DNA of 63,578 bases, the filler included, from Guillardia theta CCMP2712 (lineage: Eukaryota > Protista > Cryptophyta), in NCBI RefSeq assembly GCF_000315625.1. It is 4 parts of 4 records of this genome, joined end to end, with 100 filler letters (N's around TTAATTAATTAA, not from the genome) between each part and the next. Parts side by side here need not be neighbours in the genome. Positions count along the whole stretch, not along the records: positions 56,443 to 63,578 come from NW_005434666.1; 3 more parts are not named here. One strand, 5' to 3'. The notes beneath the pieces are model-generated. The model did no database searches. It was not told the origin of the DNA and saw only the letters and a program-made list of their open reading frames with translations. Shown piece by piece: positions 58,834-63,578 of the stretch (position 1 is its first letter; each line of letters begins with the position of its first letter). The translations under genes were made by a program, and so were the position numbers.

Positions 58834-60871
58834 ATGCTTCGCAACGTTGTGTCGCTGGTGCCTCAGACGCTGAGAGCCGCGAGAGCCTTGCAGCCCAGAG
58901 GAAGGAGAAGCTTCCACCAGTCAAAGTTCGCCATGGTTGTCTTCCTCCCTCTCCTCCTCCCTCTCCTCCTCCCTCTCCTCCTTCCTCGAGCCACCCTGTA
59001 GCTCGTTTTTCACCTTCTCACTTTTCACACGTATTTCTGGACAGTATCTTATTCCTCATGGTGTTTTTGGTGTTCAGGATCTTCATGCCCATACAAAAGG
59101 AGCTCATGACGCCTACACTCCAGGCGAGAAAGGAGATGGTTATTACTCTCAGAACACGAGAGGTGATTGTGTTCGAAACAGTATGAAAATCGCTTATTGG
59201 TTCCTGGCAGGTTGTTACGAGGTTGTCATGAATGCGAAGAAGGAGATCATGTCGTGCCTTCAGAGTCAGACAGCTCCGTCAGGATCTTACAACATCGCCG
59301 ATTTTGGTTGTGCTGATGCGGGAACATCAATGCCCATGGTGAGGCGGATATTGGCTGTGAAGGCATCGCCTTCTAACGACACTGTAGGTCTATGACATCG
59401 TGAAGGAACTTAAGAGCCGCAACCCAAACCAGGAAATCTGTGTACACTATGAAGATCAGGTTACCAATGATTGGTTGGTAAGGCTGCTGCTTCCTGTACT
59501 GTAGGTAGTTCTCTCTGACCCCTGTCTCACAGTCAGTTTTCAACCACACCCAAGGTCTGATTGCTGGAGGCCCCAAGCCCTACCTCAAAGACTTCTCCAA
59601 GGTTTTTGTTCAGGCATCTGCCACATCATTCTTCGAGCAGTGTTTTCCCAGGTAGGTCACATACTTTGCTGGCAACTGGTGTAATTCTTTCCGAAGCGGA
59701 TCCATCAACCTTTCCATGTCGTTCACAGCCATGTACTTTTTTGATATGTCCTGGTGAAGGAAGTGATTTCTTTTCTAGGCATTGGTTGTCTGACCATCCT
59801 GGGAAGTTGAAGACCGCATTGCACCATGTCGATTGCCTGTTCTGTTGGAGAATCTTGCTGACTATCAGGAGGCAGACGTTGGCGGATAAGAATGAGGTCC
59901 AAAAGATTTCAGCTATGGTGATGACTTTGTTCTTGAATCATGTTGATAGTCTTTGCCTGACTCGGAGTTTCAGGCAGCTAAGGATTGGGAGAGAATCCTC
60001 ACCCATAGAGCGAATGAGCTTTCCAGCGGTACAGTCTGACTGAACCCTAGGAGGTCTCATTGAAGTTTGGTCCAGGCTCTTACGTTGTTATCGTCAATTT
60101 TGCTACCGATGAAAAGGGCCAGTTCCTTGGCCACACGGTCCCGAGCTACTCTGAAGGAAAGATTGAGCCCGGGGCTTGTCGTGAAAGCATGCATGGCTGG
60201 TTCAACAAGATTTGGGCAGAATTCCGTGAGACGAGTTGTTTTGTGAGATTCTTCCTCACGCATTGACAGGGGACAAGGGCAAGATTTCGCAGGAAGAGTA
60301 CGAGAACTGTGTGTTTCCAAATTATTATCGCACCAAGGAAGAGACTCTTGCTCCCTTTCAAGACCCCAACAGCGCAGTCTCTAAGGCTGGTTTGAAGGTG
60401 GAAAGAGCGCGCGGAGGAGGTTGCAGCTGATCTTGTTTCAGCTTGTCTCTGCAGACTGCAGAGTTGTTCCATGCCTCTACCGGGCCAAGTGGCTGAGTGG
60501 TGAATCGAAGGACGCCAAGGCGCACGCTAAAGAATACGTGAGGAGAGAGGGAGGGAGTGACTTGTTGACGTCTCGTCAGGTGCCGACGACTCGCACGTGG
60601 TCCAACGCGACGTTCTACTCTGCCTTGGACAGCTCTCGTTCAGTAGCTGAGCGAGGTGCGCGTGCCTGCGCTGCACTGGGCCTCAGCTTGCTAACCTTGA
60701 CGCGTCCCTGGCAGAGGCCATTGTCGACGATCTGTTCCTTCGGTACGAGGAGGAGGTCGCCAAGTGCCCAGAGCATCACGTGAGTGACTGCGGCAGCTGC
60801 GATCGCGCGACTGAAAAACTTGGCAGGGAATGGACTATGTGCACATGTATGTTGTTGCCAAGAAAATGTGA
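58834..60871 (+). CDS. SABATH-family SAM-dependent carboxyl methyltransferase with probable mitochondrial presequence
   Basis: KGDGYYSQNT, NIADFGCADAGTS, YEDQVTNDW, ATSFFEQCFP, SFTAM|HWLS, AAKDWERILTHRANEL, FPNYYRT, VPTTRTWSN, HGMDYV; more than 12 short introns. Confidence 0.88.
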
Positions 60872-61210
60872 ATTTGAAGAGGGGAGTGAGAGGAAAAGAT
60901 TCCTTGTTGCGTGAGAAATTAAAAAATTATCAGAATAATCCTCTTGATTTTACACATCGTAACTGTCGCATGTACCGATGTCACACAGTATGTTTGCAAT
61001 CCTAGGGAGATGAATTTCATGCCCTGAAGCTCGACGACAAGACTTTGCAAGGCTGTTGTGCTTTCTGCCGCCGTCTCTTCTCTCGGTTGCCGCAGACCAT
61101 TCATGTCAGACCTTTCATGTCAGTTTCATGAAAGTTTTTCAGAGTCCCGGCAGGTCGTGCAGCAGCTACAGGTGTCATACGTCTTGTCGCTATTGTCCAC
61201 CCCGGTGCCT

Positions 61211-63345
61211 CTAAGGCGTCTGGTTCTTGCGCTGCCACGTCATCAGCCTCGTCCTGCTGTCACTCGCGCTAGCCCAGGGAGCAAGCGGAAGTCCCACGCC
61301 GAGCTTGCGCTGCCTGCGAGTCTGGAGGAGCAGGAGGGCAGGGGGGCAGGAGGGCAGGGGGGCAGGAGGGAGAGCAGTCAGTCATGATCGCCTTGCTGCA
61401 TACAAAGAGGGGCGAACCCGCCGACGAGCTTGTTGCCCCCTCGAGGACGATCGACGCGAGTGAGACTGACCGCCATGCTGGAGGGGCGCCAGTGAGACAC
61501 GAAAGAAGGGCAGGAGGTAAGGAAGGAGGAAGGAGGAAGGAGGAAGGAGGAAGATTAGGGGGAGAGGGAGGCCGAGGAAGAGGGCAGGATGGAAGGGCGA
61601 TCACCTCGAACCAGGCATATTGAACTCTCTCGTTGGGGAGGTCGGCGGAGGAAGCGCAAGGGGTGTCATCCCATAGCTGCGTCGCCTCAGGAGGAGGAGC
61701 AAAGGAGCTGAGGAACCTGGAGAGCGAGAGGAGAAGCATCGATGACGTGTTTGACGCGTACAGCAGTCTGGATGATGGATGAGATGATAGCAAGGAGGGG
61801 CAAGAGAAACCTCGTTGTCTTTCAGGAGAAGGAAGCAGTTGTTTGAAGAGAACCTGTCCTGATAGACTGACACATGTCAACGAAGACGCTCCTCCTCCCA
61901 GTCCATTTACTTGTAATCTTCTCGATGATAACGTCTGCGAAGGCGGTTCGAATGTTCTCCATCTCCACTCCCTCCTGCATCTTCATCAGTTCCCATCAGC
62001 TCGTCCTCTCCCTCTTCGACTTGCCTTCATCCCAAGCAGGTGCAGACAGCGACACTCGCTCTCCTTGGGGACCCTCAGAATCGTCTGCCATGCTGTCAGC
62101 TCCTATCCCTCACTCCTCATCTCAAACATTGCAGCCTCCCATCTTCTACTTCTTCACTGCCTCCTCCCTCCCTCCCTCCCTCCCTCCCTCCCTCTCCTCC
62201 CTCCCTCCCTCCCCGCTGTGTTGACTTCTTCCTTCCATTACCACGTTGCATTGCTTGCATGGGCGGCAGCAGGGGAGATGGTCCAGTATGAATCTCAAGT
62301 GGGAACGGAAAGAAACAGCCAAGCGCGGCAGCAAGTTGAATCTCTGAAGCTCCGTAAACTCCTCCTCCTCCTCCTCCTCCTCCTCCTCACCTGGCCATCC
62401 TCGTCGACCACACAACACTTCCCCTATTCGAGCTTGTTCAACTTTGATCCTCTTCCAGCATCATCACCTTCTCAATTCCTCGCAGAATTTCCTCAGCGTC
62501 CAACCAAGCCCAGTCTCTCTTCTCTGCACACCTGACCGAAGCCATTCATCCCCTCCTCCTCCTCCTCCTCCTCACTCTCTCTCTCTTTCTTCAGAGCTCT
62601 TCCATGCACTTCTCCCTCCCCAGTATTCTCGTCACCGGCACGTGTCGCTATCTCGCTCAGCTCCAGGAACAAGCTTGTCGTTCTCGTCTCTTGCAAGCTG
62701 CAAGGAGACAATGAGCAAGGGCTTTTAGAGAGACAACGAAAGAGAGAAAATGAAAGAAGAAGAAAACTAAAGGAGCTGAAAATGTTACTTCTACCCATGA
62801 TAGCCATCAATACAGGAGAAGGAGGAGGAGGAAGGGGCGTGGGAAGAGATCAACATGCCTGGAACAGCAGAGGGTCGATGTACGGGAGAGGCAGGAAGAA
62901 AGTCAGGTATGATCCATTCTTCATCACGAAGACTCTTTTCAGCTGCGTGTGGTCTCAGGAGGGAGCAACAAGAACCTCCTCCTCCCACCCTGTGCGCCTG
63001 CAGCTTCCGGCCGTTGTCTCCTTCCTCCCCTTCCCCGGCGCTCCCAGCTGTTGCACAACAATCTCTCAGGATTGTCCTGATGTTCGCTATGCTCGTCTGC
63101 ACGCGTTGCTGCCGTCCTGCCTCAGTCCCTGACGGCCTCTTCCTCCTTCCCGCACCTCGAGGGAACCCATTCCTCCCCACAGACCCAGCGTCTCCTCGGA
63201 GAACTCACGCAGCGCTGTCTCCTGCCCCACCCGTCATCCTACTACCCGTCCTCCCTCCCATCTCCCTCGCTCGCGTCTCTAACCTCTGCATCCTCCAAGT
63301 CTTCGCGTTTTCCTCCGAAGTCGCTCCAGCAGTACTTGACAACCG
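61211..63345 (-). CDS. Nudix-hydrolase-domain protein (5' part probably outside the window; 3' exons tentative)
   Basis: Spliced WSDFGGKREDLEDAE|ETALREFSEETLG matches the Nudix box GX5EX7REUXEE; later EKRDWAWL. Confidence 0.7.
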
Positions 63346-63578
63346 TCCGTAAGGAGGATGGGGAGGGAGGGAGGGAGGGAGGGAGGAAGGAAGGAAGGCG
63401 GGTGGGTGGGGGGGGAGGGAGGGAGGCGGGGAGGGAGGGAGGGAGGGAGGGTGGGTGGGTCGGAATGGATGAATTCTTGCTTCGGGAGGAAGGGAGGGAG
63501 GGAGAGAGAGTCAGTGAGGGACGAAGGAAGGCAGGCAGGCGTGCGTACGGACCGGCAGTACGTACGTGAGTGCTTGAT

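Overview
Intron-rich, gene-dense eukaryotic nuclear DNA from a draft assembly, with N gaps (three carrying a TTAATTAATTAA spacer). Introns are mostly ~45-60 nt GT-AG, and purine/pyrimidine microsatellites are abundant. The style resembles a cryptophyte alga such as Guillardia theta (inference only). Splicing by eye supports about 20 genes: an N-acylated CaMK-type kinase, a tail-anchored heme oxygenase, a membrane collagen/coiled-coil protein, an F-box-like protein, IQUB/FAP253, a giant (>2,600 aa) EF-hand/IQ/coiled-coil protein ending in a frameshift-hidden Rdx (SelW/SelT/SelH-type) domain, a GT8 glycosyltransferase, two inverted ETHE1 persulfide dioxygenases enclosing an atypical nucleoredoxin and a MORN protein, a PTC7-type PP2C, a large secreted Ig-like/LysM protein, a PhyH-type 2OG-Fe(II) dioxygenase, a probably mitochondrial SABATH methyltransferase, a Nudix protein and several hypotheticals. 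Three things stand out: (1) a roughly concentric double inverted-repeat locus (ETHE1-A / NRX / MORN / ETHE1-B) with a gene-conversion-like mosaic and a Cys-to-Asp difference between the ETHE1 paralogs; (2) the giant Ca2+/redox scaffold protein; (3) a recurrent intergenic module, a GGCC/CCGG-rich island next to a TACCCC/GGGGTA-rich tract, every ~5-13 kb. Exon boundaries were read manually and are approximate.
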